Source of the DNA: a virus
Lineage: Duplodnaviria > Caudoviricetes
Length of the DNA: 33,754 nt
IMG/VR virus record: IMGVR_UViG_3300022178_002680
Location: 1 to 33,754 of that record
Direction: 5' to 3' (one strand)
Part shown: positions 18,064 to 25,283 of the stretch, in pieces
Layout of the letters: the number at the start of each line of letters is the position of its first letter
Numbering within the stretch: position 1 is the first letter of the stretch
Notes under the pieces: model-generated
Told to the model about the DNA's origin: nothing
Databases searched by the model: none
Seen by the model: the letters and a program-made list of their open reading frames with translations, nothing else
Position numbers and translations under genes: made by a program

Positions 18064-18342
18064 ATGGACATTGTACAGCTAATATCCGATGTTGGGTTCC
18101 CTATAGCATCTGCCCTAGCTGGCGGGTTTTTTGTATTTCTCACTCTAAAATTTATCCTAGATGGTGTGCTGTCCGAGATTAAAGCGCATCGAGCATTAGC
18201 TCAAGCCTTGGATAATCGAATAAAAACAATGAATAACGAGGTAATGCGCATAGACATAATGCTATGTCATTCGTATGGGGTTAACCCAGATATGAACAGG
18301 ATGTCCCGAGTGGACGATGCGTCAGATCTTAGAAAAGATTAG
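18064..18342 (+). CDS. Single-TM + coiled-coil protein (YvrJ/holin-like)
   Basis: LISDVGFPIA TM, then LDNRIKTMNNEVMRI. Confidence 0.7.
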   Translation: MDIVQLISDVGFPIASALAGGFFVFLTLKFILDGVLSEIKAHRALAQALDNRIKTMNNEVMRIDIMLCHSYGVNPDMNRMSRVDDASDLRKD

Positions 18343-18377
18343 ACTGATACCTAACCAATGATAAACGGGAAGGCTGC

Positions 18378-18671
18378 GTGACCGAAGATCGAATATACGA
18401 ACTAGTAAACATGATATCGGTATATGGATTTCCAATCATCTCCGCAATAGGACTTGGTTACTTCGTATACTACATATGGCGATGGGTGACGCAGGAAGTC
18501 GAACCCATCATAGGAGAATCAACCCAAACTCTTATAGCACTGATTGATCGAGTTAGAATGTTAGACAATGATCTAATTCGACTGAAAACTAAGCTGGATA
18601 TGATACTGCAACAACAATCCAAAGATAACCATAAAGCTGCAATACACAAAGAGTATGATGATAAAAAGTGA
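18378..18671 (+). CDS. Single-TM + coiled-coil protein, paralogue of upstream gene
   Basis: MISVYGFPII TM, then LIDRVRMLDNDLIRL. Confidence 0.7.
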   Translation: MTEDRIYELVNMISVYGFPIISAIGLGYFVYYIWRWVTQEVEPIIGESTQTLIALIDRVRMLDNDLIRLKTKLDMILQQQSKDNHKAAIHKEYDDKK

Positions 18672-18698
18672 CCAAGTGACCAACCTAGTGACCAACCT
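18667..18698 (+). repeat. Short tandem direct repeat
   Basis: AGTGACCA + AGTGACCAACCT + AGTGACCAACCT. Confidence 0.8.
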
Positions 18699-18722
18699 CA
18701 ATAGCTCATTATCAAAAAGTAC

Positions 18723-18750
18723 TTGACATCTACTACAGATAGTGTATAAT
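18723..18750 (+). promoter_or_regulatory. Sigma70 promoter
   Basis: TTGACA-N16-TATAAT. Confidence 0.8.
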
Positions 18751-18782
18751 GTGCTATATAAATCAAACCACAGGACCAAATC

Positions 18783-19292
18783 ATGAAAGCAACTACTTTG
18801 ATGGCTACTATTGTGTTGGGAAGCGGGATGCTCGCTCAGGCGGAAACACTCACTCCCAAGCAGTTCCCAGTCAACGTCACGTACGTTGAGCAACTTCAAT
18901 GTATGGCCATGAACATATACCACGAGGCTCGAAGTGACTCTAGGTTAGGTCAAGAGGCAGTTGGGATGACTACAATGAATAGAGTGTATCATGCTGGATA
19001 TCCATCCACTGTGTGCGATGTTGTATACCAGTCATACACCGATAGCAATGGTCAACCCATTCGCAATAGGTGCCAATTCTCTTGGTTCTGTGATGGCAAA
19101 TCTGATACTCCTATAGATGCCGAACGATATCAGCGAGCTATACGTACAGCTGCATACGTACTCCGAACACACGCCGACCACAGAGATGTTACGGACGGGG
19201 CTATCATGTATCACGCTGCATACGTTGAGCCATATTGGACTGATGCCTACGAGCGTACCGTTAGAATAGACAGTCACATTTTTTATAAATAA
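18783..19292 (+). CDS. Cell wall hydrolase (SleB/CwlJ, Hydrolase_2) with signal peptide
   Basis: CMAMNIYHEAR, NRV...YPSTVCDVVYQ, CQFSWFCDGK, GAIMYHA, HIFY; N-terminus ends AQA|E. Confidence 0.92.
   Translation: MKATTLMATIVLGSGMLAQAETLTPKQFPVNVTYVEQLQCMAMNIYHEARSDSRLGQEAVGMTTMNRVYHAGYPSTVCDVVYQSYTDSNGQPIRNRCQFSWFCDGKSDTPIDAERYQRAIRTAAYVLRTHADHRDVTDGAIMYHAAYVEPYWTDAYERTVRIDSHIFYK
19284..19291 (+). promoter_or_regulatory. T4 late promoter
   Basis: TATAAATA at the end of the hydrolase gene. Confidence 0.75.
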
Positions 19293-19333
19293 TAACGAAC
19301 ACTACCTTATATAATAATCCGGAGCTTGTATAC

Positions 19334-20005
19334 ATGTTAAACTTTTCACAATTCATCGAGGAAGGCGTCAACGATCCAGCCATCTTCAAAGCAGTATTCC
19401 TTGCCGGCGGCCCAGGCTCTGGTAAGTCATTCATCGTAGGCAAAACTGGTCTTACCTCTATGGGATTCAAAGTCGTAAACTCTGATGACGCATTCGAGAA
19501 CGGATTGAAGAAGGCTGGTCTAGAGATGAGTCCTGAGAACATATTCTCTGTCCAGGGACAAGAGATCCGTGGCAAAGCTAAAGCGTTGACTGGTGCTAAG
19601 CAAGATATGTACATCAAAGGTCGTCTTGGTCTAGTCATTGATGGTACTGGTAAAGACATCGAGAAGATCAAGAAGCAGGCTAAGAGCCTACAGAAGATCG
19701 GGTATGATGTTGCTATGGTATTCGTCAACACCGACTTAGAGACTGCCCTGGATCGTAACAGAATGCGTCAGCGCACACTTCCCGATAAGGAAGTAGAAGC
19801 GTACTGGAGAGAGATCCAAAACAACATTGGTGCCTTCCAGACCATTTTCGGCAAGAAGAACTTTTTAGTTGTTGACAACAGCGCTGGAAAGGATTATAAT
19901 AAAGAGACATTAAGAGCATACCGTGACGTTCGTAAGTTCGCCGACCGTGCTCCTGAGAACAACGTGGCATCTGCTTGGATTGACGCTGAGAAGAAGAAAC
20001 GTTAA
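19334..20005 (+). CDS. P-loop kinase (zeta-toxin/AAA_33-like) with capsid-targeting-like N-terminus
   Basis: LAGGPGSGKS, VNSDD, LVIDGT, ALDRNRMR.R lid; N-terminus MLNFSQFIEE. Confidence 0.8.
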   Translation: MLNFSQFIEEGVNDPAIFKAVFLAGGPGSGKSFIVGKTGLTSMGFKVVNSDDAFENGLKKAGLEMSPENIFSVQGQEIRGKAKALTGAKQDMYIKGRLGLVIDGTGKDIEKIKKQAKSLQKIGYDVAMVFVNTDLETALDRNRMRQRTLPDKEVEAYWREIQNNIGAFQTIFGKKNFLVVDNSAGKDYNKETLRAYRDVRKFADRAPENNVASAWIDAEKKKR

Positions 20006-20055
20006 TAGCGGGGTCTACATTGGAGCATTCAGTGTAGACCCAATTTGAATATACA

Positions 20056-20616
20056 ATGGAGATGAAAGTGGACTTAAAAGCACTAACCCAAGAAAGTCGT
20101 GAAATATTAGGTCGTAAGAGACTTATGCTCATGATAATGAGCGGTTCGATCGAACCAGCAATCTATTACCGATACCTAGTAAATCAATTCCAAAACTACA
20201 GAGCATTAGAGCTATGTCTTGATATGTGTGGATTCGATAAAGGGTATTCTGGTGTATACCGTACCACTCGAATATTGCGTGACATTTGGGAACTAGAGCA
20301 AAAATTCGGCCTAACATATAACGCTGACCACCTGACTAAATCAACTATAGAGTATTGCTCTCACGTTGAACAGCTGGCCAGGGTGGGTGACATCGACGGA
20401 TTGATAGCACACCTATACGTACGTCAGTTTGCTGATATGTATCATGGCCCAAGAGTTGCATCCAGGGTCCCAGGCAGTGCTGCCATATATGATTTTGATT
20501 ATAAAGAGACGCTTAAAACAGAACTACGGACTGTTCTATCAAATGATATGGCGGCAGAGTCTAATCTATGCTTTGACTATGCAATACGACTGTCGGATGA
20601 GTTGGCAGGCCATTAG
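20056..20616 (+). CDS. Heme oxygenase-fold protein, catalytically divergent
   Basis: LKALT, MSG.I....Y..YL.NQ...Y.ALE, AHLYVR...D, E...CFDYA; proximal His position is Arg. Confidence 0.8.
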   Translation: MEMKVDLKALTQESREILGRKRLMLMIMSGSIEPAIYYRYLVNQFQNYRALELCLDMCGFDKGYSGVYRTTRILRDIWELEQKFGLTYNADHLTKSTIEYCSHVEQLARVGDIDGLIAHLYVRQFADMYHGPRVASRVPGSAAIYDFDYKETLKTELRTVLSNDMAAESNLCFDYAIRLSDELAGH

Positions 20617-20626
20617 CAATACCAAT

Positions 20627-20649
20627 GGGCTGATTCGTTGAGTCGGCCC
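20627..20649 (+). other. Intergenic stem-loop
   Basis: GGGCTGATTC-GTT-GAGTCGGCCC, 10 bp with two G-U pairs; weak U tract. Confidence 0.6.
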
Positions 20650-20731
20650 TTACCCTTCATAACAAACCCAAGATCATCTATTATATAGATACAGTACATG
20701 CTCAGTGTTACTATAATCGAGGAGTACTCCA

Positions 20732-20950
20732 ATGACTAAGAAAGTTCAGGATACCACGAGTAAGCTAGATGATGAGAATAAGCGTATGCCCACCATCGAG
20801 CTATATTGGCGAACTGCATTGATTGCTGGCGCTATATCAACATCCCTAATGAGCTATAAGGTAGCAATCTCCGGTAACATAACAGCATTTGGTGTATGTT
20901 TCATCGCAACACTCGTCCTACTGAACGTGGCATTCTCATCGAAAAGGTGA
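20732..20950 (+). CDS. Small two-TM membrane protein
   Basis: GAGGAG RBS; two hydrophobic segments. Confidence 0.75.
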   Translation: MTKKVQDTTSKLDDENKRMPTIELYWRTALIAGAISTSLMSYKVAISGNITAFGVCFIATLVLLNVAFSSKR

Positions 20951-20952
20951 TA

Positions 20953-21381
20953 CTATGCCATGCTCTTAATCCAGGCTAAAGCCTCGCCCTTACTATCAAA
21001 GAAGTTAACGACCGCATCCCTGTCTTGAGTCAGAATCATATATCGAGTCTTTCTAGGTGCGATCGTCCCACCCCAGGCGTCTATGGTCTTACCAGTAGCA
21101 GGTATATCATACACCGGCAACTCAAACATCTTAGCAGTCCCACCCTGTTTGATCACTTTCAGGTCTTTAGCAGCTATAACGATCTTATCTACTATAGAAT
21201 CATAGTGATCGCCCTTCTTATTCGTTAAATAGCTTCCAATGCTCTTAATACGTGCAGTTGCACCAGAATCTTCACCATACGCTACCCAGAGTACGTCCTT
21301 CATCATGTATACTTGATACACAGGAGCTTCGTTGAGTTCATCGGTTGATTCTAGCATAAACGTTCGTAGAGTCTTCATCAT
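20953..21381 (-). CDS. Putative internal head protein
   Basis: Lone - strand gene with own late promoter; N-terminus (M)MKTLRTFMLE..ELNE resembles the T4 capsid targeting sequence. Confidence 0.65.
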   Translation of the reverse strand: MMKTLRTFMLESTDELNEAPVYQVYMMKDVLWVAYGEDSGATARIKSIGSYLTNKKGDHYDSIVDKIVIAAKDLKVIKQGGTAKMFELPVYDIPATGKTIDAWGGTIAPRKTRYMILTQDRDAVVNFFDSKGEALAWIKSMA

Positions 21382-21410
21382 ATGTTCCTATAGTTGTTTG
21401 CAGTGTTATC

Positions 21411-21418
21411 TATTTATA
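21411..21418 (-). promoter_or_regulatory. T4 late promoter
   Basis: tatttata on + strand = TATAAATA on - strand, about 30 nt before ATG. Confidence 0.8.
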
Positions 21419-21431
21419 TTACAGATAATGC

Positions 21432-21460
21432 TTGACAGGTTTCGAGTGCTATGGTATAAT
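21432..21460 (+). promoter_or_regulatory. Sigma70 promoter with extended -10
   Basis: TTGACA-N17-TATAAT preceded by TGG. Confidence 0.9.
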
Positions 21461-21501
21461 GGTGTTATAAGAGTAATTGTAAACCAACGTTAGGAGCTAG
21501 T

Positions 21502-21738
21502 ATGATCATCAGGAACATCAAGTATCTATCGACTGATATACATCCACATGACTCAATAACACAATGGTACTCTATGGAGGTCGACTGTGAGGAGAGAGTC
21601 TATGGTGTTGTGTACTCAGACGACGCAACTCTAGTACGCCCTGATGGTACTCCAGTCGACTCCTATGAAATTGACCGGAAAGTTGTACTGGATACTATAC
21701 GAGAATACAATCAATCATTACCGTCACACTTTGATTAG
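21502..21738 (+). CDS. Hypothetical protein
   Basis: AGGAG RBS. Confidence 0.75.
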   Translation: MIIRNIKYLSTDIHPHDSITQWYSMEVDCEERVYGVVYSDDATLVRPDGTPVDSYEIDRKVVLDTIREYNQSLPSHFD

Positions 21739-21746
21739 AATAAAAG

Positions 21747-21811
21747 TTGACTTCTTATGTGACCTGCGCTATAATGTATGTATAAGATGACATACTGAGA
21801 GAAAGACTATG
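21747..21811 (+). promoter_or_regulatory. Promoter-leader cassette copy 1
   Basis: TTGACT-N17-TATAAT-N4-GTATAAGATGA...GAGAGAAAGACT-ATG. Confidence 0.85.
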
Positions 21812-21843
21812 AACGAAGAATCGACTAATAAAGGCGGTGATTC

Positions 21844-22152
21844 ATGAGCAGAGAAGCGTTTGAGAAATTAGCTGGTATTCCGCATGATGTTAAGTACAAC
21901 GAAGAGATGAATCTGTATTATTGGCTCGGTTACCCCGCTGGAGACTGTGCAATTAATGGCCTACACGAAATGTATTACGATGGCAAAAAATCAAGACAGG
22001 CTGAAATAGATGACTTACGGATAGAGTTGGAGAAGGCTAAGGAGTTGCTGGATGAAGCGTGCTGCTATTCTCACGGTGATATCGCTTTCGCAGATGAATG
22101 CCAATGGTGCTCAGGAGTTCAAGAATTATTAATGGGACCCAAATTAAATTAA
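21844..22152 (+). CDS. Hypothetical protein (MSREAFE family)
   Basis: GGCGGTGA RBS; paralogue of 22702..22962. Confidence 0.75.
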   Translation: MSREAFEKLAGIPHDVKYNEEMNLYYWLGYPAGDCAINGLHEMYYDGKKSRQAEIDDLRIELEKAKELLDEACCYSHGDIAFADECQWCSGVQELLMGPKLN

Positions 22153-22173
22153 TATACTTAAACGGAGAATAGT

Positions 22174-22593
22174 ATGAACGATCAAGAAAAGATGGAAGCT
22201 ATTTTGGCTAATAATCAGGTTCGAAATGATATTGAAGCCCGTGCCTTGGTTCGATTAATGTATGGCGATCTTTCACACATTGGTGACGCAATATCAAAAG
22301 GCAGTACTATATTGCATAAGGGTCATACTTTTGGTGCCGACTTCTCGGAATCTTCAACGTGCTACACCATCAAACAACCAACAATCATGTTCAACGGCTG
22401 CGAGATTAATGCGCCGATTGACTGGAAGAATTACAAAAGATTGCAACTAGTGTCGGTTGCCTCCACACACACAACATCTGAAGTAACTTATAGCACGGCC
22501 CACGGCCCGCATGATGATTTCAAACGAGGTATAGTATTCAGAACAGAAGAAGACGCACAGGCATACCGTGAAGCGGCGGGGTGGGTGGTATGA
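22174..22593 (+). CDS. Hypothetical phage protein
   Basis: GGAG RBS; TIMFNGCEINAP...GIVFRTEEDAQA. Confidence 0.75.
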   Translation: MNDQEKMEAILANNQVRNDIEARALVRLMYGDLSHIGDAISKGSTILHKGHTFGADFSESSTCYTIKQPTIMFNGCEINAPIDWKNYKRLQLVSVASTHTTSEVTYSTAHGPHDDFKRGIVFRTEEDAQAYREAAGWVV

Positions 22594-22701
22594 CAAATTT
22601 CCTGTTGACATGACTACTTGCTTGAAATGGTCATTACTCTAGCTCGCAAATGCAAAAAGCTAGGTATCAAGCTGTAATTTACGTATCAGGAGGAGAATGA
22701 A

Positions 22702-22962
22702 ATGAGCAGAGAAGCGTTTGAAACGTTTTATATGACATTAGATGAATCCAATCGCTCTGACCTATACCGAACAACAAAACCTTTCCGGGGCGTCCAGATT
22801 GGTGATTATAAATGGATTGTTACCCGGTCAATGTATGTGGGATGGCAAGCAGCTGAGCTATCAAAGGAGTCTGAAATTGACCAGCTTCACGCAGAGCTGG
22901 AGAAGGCTAAATCATATTGCAGCGGGGTGGGTGTAATTGCGGCCAATACAAAGCGGGTTTAA
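22702..22962 (+). CDS. Hypothetical protein (MSREAFE family)
   Basis: AGGAGGAG RBS; paralogue of 21844..22152. Confidence 0.75.
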   Translation: MSREAFETFYMTLDESNRSDLYRTTKPFRGVQIGDYKWIVTRSMYVGWQAAELSKESEIDQLHAELEKAKSYCSGVGVIAANTKRV

Positions 22963-22975
22963 TCAAAAATAAGGG

Positions 22976-23040
22976 TTGACTCTTCATCTAACCTACGATA
23001 TAATAGCTGTATAAGATGAACTGCTGAGAGAACGACTATG
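22976..23040 (+). promoter_or_regulatory. Promoter-leader cassette copy 2
   Basis: TTGACT-N17-TATAAT-N4-GTATAAGATGA...GAGAGAACGACT-ATG. Confidence 0.85.
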
Positions 23041-23139
23041 ATTGAATTGATCCAAGCCATACCCCACTTCGATGTCATCATTGCGCTAGTTGCCATAGCA
23101 GCGCTTCTTCCTGTAATCCTTATGAGTAACAAGCGATGA
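23038..23139 (+). CDS. 33-aa single-TM peptide
   Basis: MIELIQAIPHFDVIIALVAIAALLPVILMSNKR; starts at cassette ATG; ATGA overlap with next gene. Confidence 0.7.
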   Translation: MIELIQAIPHFDVIIALVAIAALLPVILMSNKR

Positions 23140-23339
23140 TCACCTCTAATACTCCCGCATATCAGAATCTGTCTAATGTATATGATGCAATGCAACTCGC
23201 TGATAGTGAGTCATTTGACGCAGCCGAGGCTGTCTACTATGAAGCATTTCAAGCTTGGCAAGACGATTGCGCATATAGAATATACTCTAAGAACAATGAT
23301 ACCCCAGATTTGTTGTGGATGAAATACGTCCCGAAATAA
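23136..23339 (+). CDS. Hypothetical protein
   Basis: ATGA coupling. Confidence 0.7.
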   Translation: MITSNTPAYQNLSNVYDAMQLADSESFDAAEAVYYEAFQAWQDDCAYRIYSKNNDTPDLLWMKYVPK

Positions 23340-23342
23340 CGG

Positions 23343-23410
23343 TTGACTTGTGTTCCAATCTGCGTTATAATGTCCGTATAAGATGAATTATTAAGAGTGA
23401 GAAAGATATG
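23343..23410 (+). promoter_or_regulatory. Promoter-leader cassette copy 3
   Basis: TTGACT-N17-TATAAT-N4-GTATAAGATGAATTATTAAGAG...ATG. Confidence 0.85.
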
Positions 23411-23578
23411 AATAGTAACCTCCCCTCTAGAGACTGGCTCAACGAAGACTACGAAGACTTTGAAATCATCACCAACGATGAGGGCATCAGAGTGCTTGTG
23501 GATGCCGCCGGAAACGTAATAACCGCACTTGATGTGGATCTCACTGAAGTGAACAAAGAGGATTTGAATAATGACTAA
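23408..23578 (+). CDS. 56-aa acidic protein
   Basis: MNSNLPSRDWLNEDYEDFEIITNDEGIRVLVDAAGNVITALDVDLTEVNKEDLNND. Confidence 0.7.
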   Translation: MNSNLPSRDWLNEDYEDFEIITNDEGIRVLVDAAGNVITALDVDLTEVNKEDLNND

Positions 23579-23717
23579 ATTAGCAGATTTGAAAATAGCC
23601 TTCGACGAGGCGGACAAGGCATGTGACGATGCGGACAAGGTATGGGACAAGGCTTATGATGCTTATCAAGCCGAGCTGATCAGGTTAAAGGAAGAGGTTC
23701 AAAATGACAAAACTTGA
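23571..23717 (+). CDS. 48-aa helical protein
   Basis: GAGG RBS; MTKLADLKIAFDEADKACDDADKVWDKAYDAYQAELIRLKEEVQNDKT. Confidence 0.7.
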   Translation: MTKLADLKIAFDEADKACDDADKVWDKAYDAYQAELIRLKEEVQNDKT

Positions 23718-23790
23718 AGAATTGAAGTTAGCGTCTGACGAAGCAGATGATGGGCTGGAATCAACATTTCATCTAGAATATAGTGCATAA
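23704..23790 (+). pseudogene. Truncated paralogue of upstream gene (28 aa)
   Basis: GAGG RBS; MTKLEELKLASDEAD then unrelated sequence up to the next promoter. Confidence 0.5.
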
Positions 23791-23794
23791 CCCC

Positions 23795-23823
23795 TTGACT
23801 TGTAACCAACACTGCGCTATAAT
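23795..23823 (+). promoter_or_regulatory. Sigma70 promoter (variant cassette)
   Basis: TTGACT-N17-TATAAT with CTGCGC before the -10. Confidence 0.85.
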
Positions 23824-23854
23824 ACTTACATAATATGAATTACGAGGAACTACC

Positions 23855-24079
23855 ATGACTTACTTAACGGATGCACAGATCGAAGAGATGGCAGAAACTG
23901 CCTTAACCTCTTATGAAGTGTCATGCTCTTGGGGCTCTGCTACTCAAGCAGCTCTTGAGCACTCGCTTGACGAGTTCGGCATCCGCCCAAGTAAGTCAGC
24001 AGTATTACTTAGCGTCAAGCTAGCCAAGCTTAAGTGGCACGCAATGTCAATCAAAGTTAAAAGCCTTCTTCAAGCATAA
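23855..24079 (+). CDS. Hypothetical protein
   Basis: GAGGA RBS. Confidence 0.75.
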   Translation: MTYLTDAQIEEMAETALTSYEVSCSWGSATQAALEHSLDEFGIRPSKSAVLLSVKLAKLKWHAMSIKVKSLLQA

Positions 24080-24103
24080 TAGCCCAAACAACGGAGCAAC
24101 ATC

Positions 24104-24244
24104 ATGTTTAAAGTCGAAATAACGTACAAGTCAGGTAAAGTTGAAATCGCTAACATCAAGATTTCAGAATACACAGCAGCATTGACCCAACTATCAAACG
24201 AAGGCCGAATGGTCAAGATGTCGATAATTCAAAATAATGCTTGA
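24104..24244 (+). CDS. 46-aa protein
   Basis: GGAG RBS; MFKVEITYKSGKVEIANIKISEYTAALTQLSNEGRMVKMSIIQNNA. Confidence 0.7.
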   Translation: MFKVEITYKSGKVEIANIKISEYTAALTQLSNEGRMVKMSIIQNNA

Positions 24245-24308
24245 CATCATAGCCAACATACGTTATAATGTCTGTATAAGATGAATTATTAAGAGCGAGA
24301 CTAGTATG
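24241..24308 (+). promoter_or_regulatory. Promoter-leader cassette copy 4
   Basis: TTGACA-N17-TATAAT-N4-GTATAAGATGAATTATTAAGAG...ATG. Confidence 0.85.
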
Positions 24309-24440
24309 AAAGCAGTTACCAACAAAGAGATTAACGACTTCCGAGCAGCCCGAGTTGCGCAGATCGAAGCAGCTAAGGTCACCGATGACTTCCCAACCAT
24401 CAAGCGAACTGTAAAAGTCATCGATTCCCGCCTAGTATAA
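24306..24440 (+). CDS. 44-aa protein
   Basis: MKAVTNKEINDFRAARVAQIEAAKVTDDFPTIKRTVKVIDSRLV; starts at cassette ATG. Confidence 0.7.
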   Translation: MKAVTNKEINDFRAARVAQIEAAKVTDDFPTIKRTVKVIDSRLV

Positions 24441-24467
24441 GCACACCAAATTAGTTTGAAATAAAGG

Positions 24468-24495
24468 TTGACTTGTACTCAGAATAGTATATAAT
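24468..24495 (+). promoter_or_regulatory. Sigma70 promoter
   Basis: TTGACT-N16-TATAAT. Confidence 0.8.
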
Positions 24496-24537
24496 TGGTA
24501 GGTAAGATAGAGAAATCACTTAATAAGGTACCAAGAT

Positions 24538-24840
24538 ATGAACGCAACCTTTATAGCAAATGTAGTAGCGAACGGTTCTGCCATCGAGTATGACGCAATG
24601 GACACTCAGTATGTGTTCAACGCCAACGACTACTTCTTCACTGTTTGGATCGCCTCTGGCGCTGATAATGAGGGTGTCGAGTACGTCTCTAGCAAGTCGC
24701 AGCGAGCTACCAAAGAAGAGATCATCAAAGCGATGGACTATGACGCTGACTTCAAACTCAACAACGCTGAAGCACTTACCAAGATCGGCATGATACCCGC
24801 CAAAGCAACTTACGCTGCTCTCAAGGCCGAAGCTGCTTAA
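24538..24840 (+). CDS. Hypothetical protein
   Basis: AAGGT RBS behind promoter. Confidence 0.75.
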   Translation: MNATFIANVVANGSAIEYDAMDTQYVFNANDYFFTVWIASGADNEGVEYVSSKSQRATKEEIIKAMDYDADFKLNNAEALTKIGMIPAKATYAALKAEAA

Positions 24841-24864
24841 CCCCAACCCTAAAGAGGAATGATT

Positions 24865-25035
24865 ATGTTGAGCGAAGAACAGGAAAAGAATGCTGTAGTG
24901 GAGTTCATTGATCCACTGATGCATCCTGGTGATTCCACCAACGAGATTATGCGAGCATGTGTGAAGCAGTTTCCATACTTCTCGGAAGCAACAATATTCA
25001 ACTCGATCCTGGGTTGGAAAGATACTGCGTTATAA
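24865..25035 (+). CDS. 56-aa protein
   Basis: GAGGA RBS; MLSEEQEKNAVVEFIDPLMHPGDSTNEIMRACVKQFPYFSEATIFNSILGWKDTAL. Confidence 0.65.
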   Translation: MLSEEQEKNAVVEFIDPLMHPGDSTNEIMRACVKQFPYFSEATIFNSILGWKDTAL

Positions 25036-25061
25036 TACAACTTCAATATAGAGAACTCGAT

Positions 25062-25274
25062 ATGCTTAATAAAAACCTCCCTACACTAGATGGATATCTA
25101 CGGACATTAACCGATAGCGTTAGTTTCCTAATACATATCTTCGTCGGATCAGTGTTTCTTTTACTCCCAGTCATTGCTCTGGTTATAGCAATCGTTGCAT
25201 GCCTGATAGTGTTCGACCCGAACATTACCTTAGATATCGTGCAAGCAAAGTTTACGTCATTAGTTAATCAGTAG
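25062..25274 (+). CDS. Small membrane protein
   Basis: ATG 25062 with GAGA RBS; long hydrophobic stretch. Confidence 0.7.
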   Translation: MLNKNLPTLDGYLRTLTDSVSFLIHIFVGSVFLLLPVIALVIAIVACLIVFDPNITLDIVQAKFTSLVNQ

Positions 25275-25283
25275 GAGAACGCC

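Noticed and set aside
22590-22700. TTGACA at 22605 and short ORF fragments
   Set aside because: No -10 box at 16-18 nt; only very short ORFs; may be a gene remnant but unsupported
25025-25036. CTGCGTTATAAT resembling the cassette -10 region
   Set aside because: No -35 at proper spacing and no GTATAAGATGA; could be a partial promoter but not called
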